Positions 9,784 through 18,760 of a stretch of DNA of 64,000 nt are shown here, in pieces; position 1 is the first letter of the stretch, and the number at the start of each line of letters is the position of its first letter. The stretch spans positions 17,647 to 81,646 of the forward strand of contig JBFWIF010000001.1 in the NCBI GenBank assembly GCA_050256135.1. Reading direction: 5' to 3'. Made by a program: the position numbers and the translations under genes. The DNA is from Acidaminococcaceae bacterium (lineage in GTDB: Bacteria > Bacillota > Negativicutes > Acidaminococcales > Acidaminococcaceae). The notes below the pieces were generated by a model. The model worked only from the letters and a program-made list of their open reading frames with translations, was not told the origin of the DNA and made no database searches.

Positions 9784-10989
9784 ATGGTCAAGAGAATTTT
9801 TATATGTATAGTTGCAATAACTTTATTTTGTGCTTCCAGTGTTTCGGCAGCGGCAGCTAATCCTTTTGCTGATGTACCGAAAGGCCACTGGGCTTATGCT
9901 GCTTTGGCAAAACTGGAACAAGGCGGTGTTTTGCCGAACGGAAAAGAGTATGACGGCAGCAAAATAATCACGCGCTATGAAATGGCTCAATTGGTTGGTA
10001 CAGCACTAGCCAATAAGGATAAGTACAGCGCAGACATTCAACAACATATTTTACCAAAACTGACGGATGAGTTTGCTGATGAACTGAATAATTTAGGCGT
10101 GCGGATTGCCAAACTGGAAGCTGCCAGTGATAATATCAATCTCAATGGGCAGATACGATGGCATTACGTCGATAACGATCGGAGTGAACATGCCGGCAGT
10201 TATGCGCATCAGCTACGTTCCCGCATTTACATTAACGGCAAAGTTAATAAAACCTGGGACTATCATGCTATGCTGGAAAACAAGCAAGATTTGCGTACGA
10301 ATGCTGAAGAGGGCAAAACTGGTTTTGAACGTGCTTATGTAACCGGTCCGCTAGGCGGTGCGAAAGTTAAGGCTGGCGTTTTCGGCAATCTGATGGCAGA
10401 GGGTAATATTTATGATACAAGTTTTGATGGCATTAAATTTGAATTCGGCGATATTATAAAATACAGTCTTCTCTATGGTGAGGCTGATATTGCGCGCGAC
10501 AATAAGATGTTTGTAGCGGCAGCTTCTTACAAAGATTATGACTATGATGCCGCGGTGGGTTATCATAGGATTAATTACGATGAAGGAAAGCCTTCTGCTA
10601 ATACTATCTGGAGTGGCGGTGCTAATTACGACTTTGGCAATTACTCTTTGGGAGCTATGTATCTGAGGGCGAGTGAGAAAGATGCCAAGGGTGACCGCGA
10701 TGGTTATGTGTTGACGCTGACTCACGGCAGGCTGAAAGAATGGCGTGCCAATACATATGAAATTTATGCCAAATACTACGATCAGTCTGCTACCACCTAT
10801 TTGGCTCATACGATGAACGGCTTGGCAGGTTATATGGACGGTTTTAAAGGTTACAGCGTGGGAGTAAATTATGCAGTGGCGGAAAACATTGTGTTTGGTT
10901 TGGAGTATTACGATCTGAAGGATAAGATAACAGATGAAAAGAACAGAACGATTTGGATGCAGTTTGTTTTTGACTTTAGTACGGATTAA
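9784..10989 (+). CDS. SLH-domain outer-membrane porin (OmpM-like)
   Basis: Signal peptide ending SVSAAAA, an SLH motif (FADVPKGHWAYAALAKL...ITRYEMAQLV), a coiled-coil linker, then alternating aromatic/hydrophilic beta-strand pattern through to the C-terminus. Confidence 0.8.
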   Translation: MVKRIFICIVAITLFCASSVSAAAANPFADVPKGHWAYAALAKLEQGGVLPNGKEYDGSKIITRYEMAQLVGTALANKDKYSADIQQHILPKLTDEFADELNNLGVRIAKLEAASDNINLNGQIRWHYVDNDRSEHAGSYAHQLRSRIYINGKVNKTWDYHAMLENKQDLRTNAEEGKTGFERAYVTGPLGGAKVKAGVFGNLMAEGNIYDTSFDGIKFEFGDIIKYSLLYGEADIARDNKMFVAAASYKDYDYDAAVGYHRINYDEGKPSANTIWSGGANYDFGNYSLGAMYLRASEKDAKGDRDGYVLTLTHGRLKEWRANTYEIYAKYYDQSATTYLAHTMNGLAGYMDGFKGYSVGVNYAVAENIVFGLEYYDLKDKITDEKNRTIWMQFVFDFSTD

Positions 10990-11001
10990 GAGGCGATAAA
11001 T

Positions 11002-12324
11002 GTGGGAATATATGAAAAAATAATTAACAGAGAAGCAAATATAGCAGTTGTTGGACTCGGATATGTGGGACTGCCGATAGCGGTTGCTTTTGCCGATAAG
11101 GCAAACACTATTGGTTTTGATACTAATGCGGAGAAAATTTCTAGTTATAAAAGCGGTATTGATCTGACCAATGAAGTTGGAGATGAAAAAATAAAGGAAA
11201 CGCCTTTGCAATTTACTACGGAAGAAAAAGACTTACAGAATGCTGATTTTATTATTGTCGCGGTACCAACACCGGTCAATGGTGATGAAACACCTGATTT
11301 GAACCCAGTTGTTAGCGCGAGCAGTATTGTCGGCAGAAATCTGACTAAGAATACTATCGTCGTCTTTGAATCGACTGTTTATCCGGGTGTGACAGAAGAC
11401 ATCTGCATACCGATTTTGGAAAAGGAGTCTGGCCTGCAATGCGGCACAGATTTCAAAATTGGCTATTCACCGGAAAGAATCAATCCTGGTGATAAAGTGC
11501 ACCGTTTGGAAAACATCACGAAAATTGTTTCAGGGATGGATGAAGCAACATTGGAAGAAATTGCTGCGGTCTATGAACTGATTATCAAAGCTGGGGTTTA
11601 TAAGGCGGAAAGTATTAAGGTTGCCGAAGCGGCGAAACTAGTGGAAAATTCACAGCGCGATATCAATATTGCTTTTATGAACGAATTCGCGATGGTTTGT
11701 GAATTGATGGGTATCAACACAAAAAGCGTTATCGACGCGATGAATACGAAGTGGAATGCACTAGGCTTTTTTCCTGGGTTGGTAGGCGGACACTGCATAG
11801 GTGTCGATCCCTATTATTTTATCTACAAGGCCAAAATGCTGGGTTATCATTCCCAGATTATTGCAGCCGGCAGAAAAATCAACAACAGTATGGGTAATTT
11901 TGTAGCAGATGCAGTAATCAAAAGTTTGATCCAGGCTGATCAAAATGTCCGCCATGCTAATATCTACGTTTTTGGCATTACTTTTAAAGAAGATTGTGCG
12001 GATATTCGTAATTCCCGGGCTTTTGATGTTTTGAAAAGATTGGCGGAATATGATATTCATCCAAAGGTTGTTGACCACGTTGCTGATAAGCAGGCAGCAA
12101 AAAATGAATTTGGTATTGACCTCGTCAGGATGGAGGAAGTGCAGAATGCGGATTGTCTGATTTTCCTGGTTGCCCATAAACAATTCAAGGAAATGTCTTT
12201 GGCAGAGGTGGATTCTTTGTATAATTTACAACTGCCACGTGAAAAAAGGGTAATTATTGATGTGAAAAGCATTTTTGCGGCAAATGCCTTTAAAAATAAC
12301 GGGTATATCTATTGGAATCTTTAA
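11002..12324 (+). CDS. nucleotide-sugar 6-dehydrogenase, TviB/WbpA type (UDP-GlcNAc 6-dehydrogenase-like)
   Basis: VVGLGYVGLP, ESTVYPGVTED, YSPERINPGDK.HRL, YKAESIKVAEAAKLVENSQRD and PGLVGGHCIGVDPYY closely mirror Salmonella TviB as I recall it. GTG start. Confidence 0.85.
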   Translation: MGIYEKIINREANIAVVGLGYVGLPIAVAFADKANTIGFDTNAEKISSYKSGIDLTNEVGDEKIKETPLQFTTEEKDLQNADFIIVAVPTPVNGDETPDLNPVVSASSIVGRNLTKNTIVVFESTVYPGVTEDICIPILEKESGLQCGTDFKIGYSPERINPGDKVHRLENITKIVSGMDEATLEEIAAVYELIIKAGVYKAESIKVAEAAKLVENSQRDINIAFMNEFAMVCELMGINTKSVIDAMNTKWNALGFFPGLVGGHCIGVDPYYFIYKAKMLGYHSQIIAAGRKINNSMGNFVADAVIKSLIQADQNVRHANIYVFGITFKEDCADIRNSRAFDVLKRLAEYDIHPKVVDHVADKQAAKNEFGIDLVRMEEVQNADCLIFLVAHKQFKEMSLAEVDSLYNLQLPREKRVIIDVKSIFAANAFKNNGYIYWNL

Positions 12325-12342
12325 TTGGGAGGGTTGCGGCGG

Positions 12343-15018
12343 ATGAAAAGTAAAAGAACGCTGATTTACTTGGCTGTGGGTGCTGCAGCATTAGTAATGA
12401 TCATGTATATTTTTGTATCTTTGTTTTCTTCGAGCCCTTTGGGTCAGGGCAGAAATATTAATGCAAATTTATCGTCTTTATATAATGCTGAAGCCGAAAT
12501 CAAAGCAGCAAAAGCAAATTTGCGCAATAAACCTGCCAAAGCCCAGCTCATGACCAGTATGAATTTGGCTTCTAATGGTATTGCTATAACCTTCGACGGT
12601 CTTGCGGATATTGCTACGACCAGACAGATTTTGGACTTATTGCAACGGTATGACATCAAGGCCGCTTTTTTCGTTGAGGGTATGCGCGCAGCTGAGGAGC
12701 CTGAGCTCATTGCGGAGATTATCAAAGCTGGACATAAAGTTGAAAACTATTCATTGTCGGGGCGGAGATTTTTAGAGAAAATGCCGCAGGACGAACTGAT
12801 AAAAGATTTATGCACTGCTCAGAAAATCATTAAGGTGACAAGCAATACTTCACCTCTGTTCTTGAAGACTGAGGAAACTGCTTATACTGATAACTTGCTG
12901 CAGGTTGTCAGGGCCTGTGGTTTGACTGCCGCAGTAAAAACGGACAGGGTGTTAAATGCTAGCAGTTTGGTAAGCTATGACGCAGCAGTTGGTTATGTAA
13001 GAAATATTAAAAAAGGCAGCATCGTTTCTTTCCAACTGGAACGGCCTAAGGGAGAAAAGCCGCCAGCGGCAAAGATAGAAGAGCAGGTACCTGCAAAAGA
13101 TAAGCAGCCGGGTTTGAAAGAACTGAATAAGGAGTCTCTCAAGGACAATGAACAACCGAAAATCGTCAAAACTGTCGAATTGTTTTTTAAAGCATGCAAG
13201 AATGAGCAAGTGCATACGGTATTGCTTGCAGTGCCAAAACAGAAGTTGGCAGCAGCAAATTCCTGGCAGGCGCATTTATGGGCTAACCTTGCTTTGTTAA
13301 AGGATAAGGCTGGCGAGGTTCTCGGCTGCAAAACGGCTTATGCCGCAGCGCCTGCTCAGAAAGACTTGGAAGCTTTACGTGCTCAAAATAAGGGGAAACT
13401 AAGGCAGGAGATAAAAAGCATTCATACTACTGAAAAGGCGTTGAATTACAGCTTTGCAGGTATTTCTAATGAAGCCGCCCTTGATGCCGTATTGAATACG
13501 TTGGATATGCTGCACGGTAAAGCTACTTTTTTTGTCACAGATAAAGATATTAGGAAGTATCCTGGTGCAATCAGCAAAATAATTAATTCGGGTAATGAAA
13601 TCGGCATCGGTATCGGCTTGGATGCGGGCGACAATTTCTACACGGAAGCAGCGGAAATTTTGCGCTGTGATGAATTACTGCGGGCTAAGTTCGGTATTAC
13701 TACCGACATCGTCAAGCAATTATGGGGAGTAGTACCGCAGGAAACGATGGAAGCGGCTTCCGCGACCGGCAAATATCTGGTAGGACAGGTCTATACGATT
13801 GCCAAAAAACAGCATAAGGATTACACTTCCGCACAGGCTATCAGGGAAGAGCTTTTTCCTAAAGGCATTATTTCTTTTGGTATCGGGCAGCAGATTTTCT
13901 TCCGCCTGGACCTGTACTCTGATCCTTTAATGTGCAGTAAGCTGCTAGAAGAATTTCAGAAAACGTTGGTAGATAATATTGCATATGCTACCTTAAATGA
14001 TAATCCAGCAATCAATCCGCAGAATGACTCAAGTTATAGTTTGAAAACTGTAGGAGAAATATTGCATAATGAGCGTTACACCTATGAATATCCTGTGCCG
14101 GAGACAAATGTTCCTGAGCGCTTAAAAAGCGATTTCAGGAAGCTGCATGTTAATAAGGATAACTTTATCGAAATGGTCAATACTCGTTATATAGGAACAG
14201 ATTGGGTCAACGACGTGCATAAGGCACTCGGTTTTTCCAGGCAGGAAATAAAACGTCTGGATACCAGCGGTGTCATCCATACTAACGATAATGTCGTCTT
14301 TTTTACCTTTGATGACTGGGGCGGTGATGCGCCTATTAACAATATTTTGTATGTCTTAAAGAAACACAATGTGCCTGCTACCTTTTTTATCAGGAGCAAT
14401 AAGGTGCAGAATCACCCAAACCTTTTGCGTATGATAGCAGCCAGCGGACATGAAATAGGCTCACATACTGATCAGCATCAACTGATGGCTATGTATGATA
14501 AAAATACCAAAAAATATGTGCCGACTCAAACACGAGAAGAATACATGCAGGATTTAAAGACCTGTTATGATAAATTGGTGAGCATAGTCGGTGATGTCCA
14601 AATTGACGGACACTATTCCTTGACGAGATATTTCCGGCCGCCGGCATTGGCAGTTAGCAAGATGGGGCTGGAATGTGTTTTTGCCAGCGGTTATGAGTAT
14701 ATTGTTTCCGGCTACAGCCCAGGCGATTATCAGGCTAACAGTGCTATGCAGGTCAGACATACGATAGAGGAAGACCTTTATACAGATGATGGCAAAGTTA
14801 ACAAAGGTACCATTTTTGTTCTGCATATGGGCGATAAGAATGGCAAGCTGACGGCAGAGGCTCTTGATTCTTTGCTGACAAAAAACGAACAAAAAGATGA
14901 TGCTGATCCCAGCAAGTTTAAGGCTGGCAGACTATCAGATTATTTGCGTGATGGCTATGACCAGGGCAATCCGAAAAAAAGTTTAAGGCTTGAGACAGAG
15001 AGAAGAGCGGTACCATGA
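12343..15018 (+). CDS. membrane-anchored protein with three NodB (polysaccharide deacetylase) modules
   Basis: N-terminal TM helix. Module 1 has ITFDG..GHKVENYS, module 2 has ATFFVTD..GNEIGIGIG, and module 3 has the canonical FTFDDWG, GHEIGSHTDQH, YFRPP and FVLHMGD. I chose the start at 12343 because GGGAGGG precedes it. Confidence 0.8.
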   Translation: MKSKRTLIYLAVGAAALVMIMYIFVSLFSSSPLGQGRNINANLSSLYNAEAEIKAAKANLRNKPAKAQLMTSMNLASNGIAITFDGLADIATTRQILDLLQRYDIKAAFFVEGMRAAEEPELIAEIIKAGHKVENYSLSGRRFLEKMPQDELIKDLCTAQKIIKVTSNTSPLFLKTEETAYTDNLLQVVRACGLTAAVKTDRVLNASSLVSYDAAVGYVRNIKKGSIVSFQLERPKGEKPPAAKIEEQVPAKDKQPGLKELNKESLKDNEQPKIVKTVELFFKACKNEQVHTVLLAVPKQKLAAANSWQAHLWANLALLKDKAGEVLGCKTAYAAAPAQKDLEALRAQNKGKLRQEIKSIHTTEKALNYSFAGISNEAALDAVLNTLDMLHGKATFFVTDKDIRKYPGAISKIINSGNEIGIGIGLDAGDNFYTEAAEILRCDELLRAKFGITTDIVKQLWGVVPQETMEAASATGKYLVGQVYTIAKKQHKDYTSAQAIREELFPKGIISFGIGQQIFFRLDLYSDPLMCSKLLEEFQKTLVDNIAYATLNDNPAINPQNDSSYSLKTVGEILHNERYTYEYPVPETNVPERLKSDFRKLHVNKDNFIEMVNTRYIGTDWVNDVHKALGFSRQEIKRLDTSGVIHTNDNVVFFTFDDWGGDAPINNILYVLKKHNVPATFFIRSNKVQNHPNLLRMIAASGHEIGSHTDQHQLMAMYDKNTKKYVPTQTREEYMQDLKTCYDKLVSIVGDVQIDGHYSLTRYFRPPALAVSKMGLECVFASGYEYIVSGYSPGDYQANSAMQVRHTIEEDLYTDDGKVNKGTIFVLHMGDKNGKLTAEALDSLLTKNEQKDDADPSKFKAGRLSDYLRDGYDQGNPKKSLRLETERRAVP

Positions 15019-15049
15019 CAACAAAATAGATAACCATGGCAGGTATACT

Positions 15050-16870
15050 ATGAAGAATCTATTCAATAACAAAAAAATAAAAGATGTGTTGCTGGCTATT
15101 AAACCTGACCGTAGGCTGCTGTCCAAAGTGCCAGATGAGGAAGGACTGCGGGTCAACAAGGAAAGGCGTGGTTTTGATTCGTCTAATGGCGCATATGACA
15201 TTAAGACCTTAATGGATCAGGAGCACAGCGGAACGCGCTATCTGATCGATTATGATGTTGCTGTCCAATATTTCAATGCAGACAGAAAGAAAATGTATTG
15301 TCAGGCTGTCGGCAAGGACATTTCATCGACAGGTATGTTGTTGGAAATTGCGGCGGCAGATGCCGAAACTCTCGACCGCGCTAAAGCGATGGAGCTTTCT
15401 TTTGAAATCATTGAAGGGACGATGCCGGAAGGCTACGAAATGTCGGTGAATATAGGTGCGGAGGTCGTCCGCTGGCAGGAAGGTGAAGATGGCAAAATCC
15501 TTTGCGGTGTCCGCTTTAATGAAACTTTGGCGCAGTATGCCGGCAAAAAGAAGGGCAGGTATATTTCTGCAGTTTCTTTTGCGTTACTGCTGATGATTGC
15601 TGCTTTCATCATTTTGATGCGCAGCGAAAGCGTCATCTATTTCAAATTCAACAAAAGCCTTTATCTGTATAGCATCATAGCAGCTGCTTTCTTGCTGACG
15701 AGATATTTGTTTGGTGCTCTTTACAGGACAGTGCCAATTAAGGAAGATTTTACTCCCGGCGTGACTATTATTATTCCTTGTTTCAATGAAGAGGAATGGA
15801 TTAACAGAACGATTTTAAGCTGCATCAATCAATCTTATCCGTCAGAAAAGCTGGAGGTTATCATTGTCGATGACGGTTCAACAGACCAATCAGTAGCTAA
15901 AATCAAGGAAACCATTGACAGCATTGCTGAAACTGTTGGTGAGAAAGTGCGGGAACGGCTGTTTTTTCTGGTGCAGGAGCAGAATGCCGGCAAGCGGGAA
16001 GCGCTGGTAAGGGGTGCCATGGCAGCTAAACATGAACTGGTTGTTTTCGTCGATTCTGACAGTTTCGTTGATCCTTTTGCTATCTATAATCTTGTGCAGC
16101 CGTTCCAGGATGCCAACATGGGCGGGGTATCTGGACGAACTGATGTTGCCAATACCTATACCAATGTTTTGACTAAGATGCAGGCTGTCCGTTATTATAT
16201 TGCTTTTCGCATCATGAAGGCGGCCGAGGGTTATTTTGATGCGGTTACCTGCTTGTCTGGACCGCTTTCCTGCTATCGCAAGGAGCTTGTCTTGCAGCAT
16301 AAGGAGGCTTGGTTAAACCAAAAATTCTTAGGCCAGAAGGCAACCTTCGGTGACGACCGCAGCTTGACGAACTTTATCCTGCGTGAGCATAGGACAGGTT
16401 ATCAGGACACGGCTGTCTGCTCCACGATAGTGCCTAATACTTATGGCATGTTCCTCAAACAGCAGATGCGCTGGAAACGTTCCTGGCTGCGGGAATCACT
16501 GATTGCGGCTAAGTTCATGTGGAAAAAAGAACCTTTTATGGCGCTTTCGTTTTATATGGGACTGTTGGTGCCGGTAGCAGCGCCTATTGTTGTCTTATAC
16601 AATTTGGTCTATATACCGGCAGTTTACAGGGTTTTTCCAACGACTTTCCTGGTCGGCTTGCTGATGATGGCACTGATGATGAGTATGGCACAGCTATTTC
16701 TGCGGAAGAGTTCGACTTGGATTTTTGGCATATGGTTTTGCCTTTATTATGAAGCCGTCTTGCTGTGGCAGATGCCGATTGCCTGGTTTACTTTCTGGAA
16801 GTCAGAATGGGGAACCAGAATGACGCCAGCTGATAGTGCAGCACTAGAAAAGAAGAAAAGTGGGAAATGA
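15050..16870 (+). CDS. PilZ-like domain fused to a class-I hyaluronan-synthase (HasA)/NodC-like processive GT2
   Basis: IIIPCFNEE, VDDGSTD, VDSDSF, CLSGPLSCYRKE, GDDRSLTNF, QQMRWKRSWLRES and C-terminal SEWGTR parallel S. pyogenes HasA motifs. The N-terminal roughly 170 aa carries DISSTG (DxSxxG). The start at 15050 is my choice; the ORF opens at 14990. Confidence 0.85.
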   Translation: MKNLFNNKKIKDVLLAIKPDRRLLSKVPDEEGLRVNKERRGFDSSNGAYDIKTLMDQEHSGTRYLIDYDVAVQYFNADRKKMYCQAVGKDISSTGMLLEIAAADAETLDRAKAMELSFEIIEGTMPEGYEMSVNIGAEVVRWQEGEDGKILCGVRFNETLAQYAGKKKGRYISAVSFALLLMIAAFIILMRSESVIYFKFNKSLYLYSIIAAAFLLTRYLFGALYRTVPIKEDFTPGVTIIIPCFNEEEWINRTILSCINQSYPSEKLEVIIVDDGSTDQSVAKIKETIDSIAETVGEKVRERLFFLVQEQNAGKREALVRGAMAAKHELVVFVDSDSFVDPFAIYNLVQPFQDANMGGVSGRTDVANTYTNVLTKMQAVRYYIAFRIMKAAEGYFDAVTCLSGPLSCYRKELVLQHKEAWLNQKFLGQKATFGDDRSLTNFILREHRTGYQDTAVCSTIVPNTYGMFLKQQMRWKRSWLRESLIAAKFMWKKEPFMALSFYMGLLVPVAAPIVVLYNLVYIPAVYRVFPTTFLVGLLMMALMMSMAQLFLRKSSTWIFGIWFCLYYEAVLLWQMPIAWFTFWKSEWGTRMTPADSAALEKKKSGK

Positions 16871-16875
16871 CGTAG

Positions 16876-18741
16876 ATGATTAGTGCGGATGATAAATATA
16901 CAACAAAAAAGAATAGCAGAAAGCGAAGGCGTGTTATCCTGCAGCTGGTAATACTGGCAGCTATTGTTGCTGTTTTTTATCTTACTTTATTCGCTGTTGG
17001 TAAGTACAAACCTTATGATCCGACTGCAATTAACATGGCGCAGGACAAAGGTTTTATTGCTTTGTCCTATTTCGGTGTTGATCGCGTCGGTGTTCAGCCG
17101 TTGATCAGTGAAGACCGTCTGGCAGAACATTTGGCAGCATTACGCAAACAAGGCTATGTGACGATCACACAAAAGGATATTGTTGATTTTTATAAAGATG
17201 GTAAGCCTTTGCCTGCCAGGGCTTTATTCCTGATGTTTGAAGACGGACGTCGCGACACGGCTATTTTTTCCACGGCTAAATTAGAGAAGTTCAATTATAA
17301 AGCGACAATGGCAACCTACCCGGAAAAATTTGCTCAGAAAGACACTAAGTTTTTGAAACCGCGGGAACTCAGGGGTCTTGTCGATACAACCTTTTGGGAG
17401 TTGGGTACTAATGGTTACCGTCTTTCCTTCATCAATGTTTTTGACCGCTATGATAATTATCTTGGGGAATTAACGCCGCTGGAATATGCGATGATTTCAC
17501 CCTATCTGGGCCGACGGTATAATCATTATCTGATGGATTATATTCGTGATGAGTATGGTGTACCGAAAGAATCCTATGAAATGATGAAAAAGCGGATTGA
17601 TTATGATTACCAGAAACTTCGTGATGACTATCGGGAAGGTCTTGGCAGCGTGCCGCCATTGCATGTCCTGATGCATGCGAACACGGGCAGCTTCGGCAAT
17701 AATGACCGCGTCAGCGCAGTCAATGAAAAATGGATCAAAGAACTTTTCAGCATGAACTTCAACCGCGAAGGCTATGCTCTGAATGACCGTAAAAGCAGCA
17801 TTTATGATTTGACACGTATGCAGCCTCAGGCCTATTGGTATCCAAATCATTTGCTGATGCGTATCAAATATGATATTAATGAATATATTATTTTTAATCA
17901 TGGGGATGAAGCCCGTTATAACCTCTGGGATGTTGAGGAAGGTGCCGCTGAGTTCCAACCGGAAAAGATCATTCTGACTTCGCTGCCGGAAAAACGCGGT
18001 TTGCTGTATTTAAAAAACAGCAAAGCATTTAAAAATCTTAATCTTTCAGTACTACTGACAGGTAATAAGCTCGGTACACAAAAAATCTATCTGCGTGCCG
18101 ATCAGAAACTGGAGCGCTATCTTGCGGTGAATGTCAGCAGTAACATGCTTTTTATCACCGAAAAAACAAGCAGCGGCACTAAGAATCTTCTGAAACTTGA
18201 TCTTGACCGCCATGATGGTAAAGAGAGGCTGTCCATAGCCGAGGATAAGCAAAATGCCGAAGTCAGGGAATTGGAAACTTTTGCCAAATATGCTAATTCG
18301 CCTGCCATGGCCAGACAGTATCTCAAACAAAGCAAGCAAAGGGAATCTGCCGATGCGGCGACGATTGAGCAGGGGGGAAAGGAATACATTCCTAACATCA
18401 GTGTGCACGCAAAAGGGAAACGTTTGCTTAATATTGTCCTAGAAGATAACCAACTTCAAGTTATAGTTGATGGTAAGGAAGCTTTCAACGGTACAATTAC
18501 TGACGCTGCTGCCGGCGGTGTTGCTCTTGAAAGTGCCTGGGGTGGCTATGGCTGGAGTCAAAGAAACCTTGCCGATGATGTTTATGACGGTGTTTTTGAA
18601 AGTCTTGTCATCAAAGCAATGCCTGCCGATGGACAGGAGAAAATATTGTACAGCGATAAATTAAGCGGTTTTGAAGCATTTAAGTATCAAGTAAAAAAAG
18701 CCTGGAATTCGGTTGTCAATTGGTTTATAGTGCATTTATAA
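16876..18741 (+). CDS. single-pass membrane protein with degenerate NodB-like domain and beta-rich C-terminal domain, function unknown
   Basis: TM helix LQLVILAAIVAVFYLTLFAV. LMFEDGRRD replaces TFDDG and FWELGTNGY replaces GHEIGNH. The gene is translationally close-coupled to the synthase, with a 5-nt gap. Confidence 0.5.
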   Translation: MISADDKYTTKKNSRKRRRVILQLVILAAIVAVFYLTLFAVGKYKPYDPTAINMAQDKGFIALSYFGVDRVGVQPLISEDRLAEHLAALRKQGYVTITQKDIVDFYKDGKPLPARALFLMFEDGRRDTAIFSTAKLEKFNYKATMATYPEKFAQKDTKFLKPRELRGLVDTTFWELGTNGYRLSFINVFDRYDNYLGELTPLEYAMISPYLGRRYNHYLMDYIRDEYGVPKESYEMMKKRIDYDYQKLRDDYREGLGSVPPLHVLMHANTGSFGNNDRVSAVNEKWIKELFSMNFNREGYALNDRKSSIYDLTRMQPQAYWYPNHLLMRIKYDINEYIIFNHGDEARYNLWDVEEGAAEFQPEKIILTSLPEKRGLLYLKNSKAFKNLNLSVLLTGNKLGTQKIYLRADQKLERYLAVNVSSNMLFITEKTSSGTKNLLKLDLDRHDGKERLSIAEDKQNAEVRELETFAKYANSPAMARQYLKQSKQRESADAATIEQGGKEYIPNISVHAKGKRLLNIVLEDNQLQVIVDGKEAFNGTITDAAAGGVALESAWGGYGWSQRNLADDVYDGVFESLVIKAMPADGQEKILYSDKLSGFEAFKYQVKKAWNSVVNWFIVHL

Positions 18742-18760
18742 AAATGAGAGGTAACACAGC

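Noticed and set aside
10351-11211. 286-aa minus-strand ORF
   Set aside because: It is entirely antisense to the well-supported porin and dehydrogenase genes. It is low-complexity, rich in I, F, R and N, has no RBS and shows no family features.
14990-15049. 20-codon N-terminal extension of the synthase ORF, overlapping the deacetylase gene
   Set aside because: The ATG at 15050 (MKNLFNNKK...) lies just after the upstream stop and gives a more typical N-terminus. The extension is kept only as an alternative.
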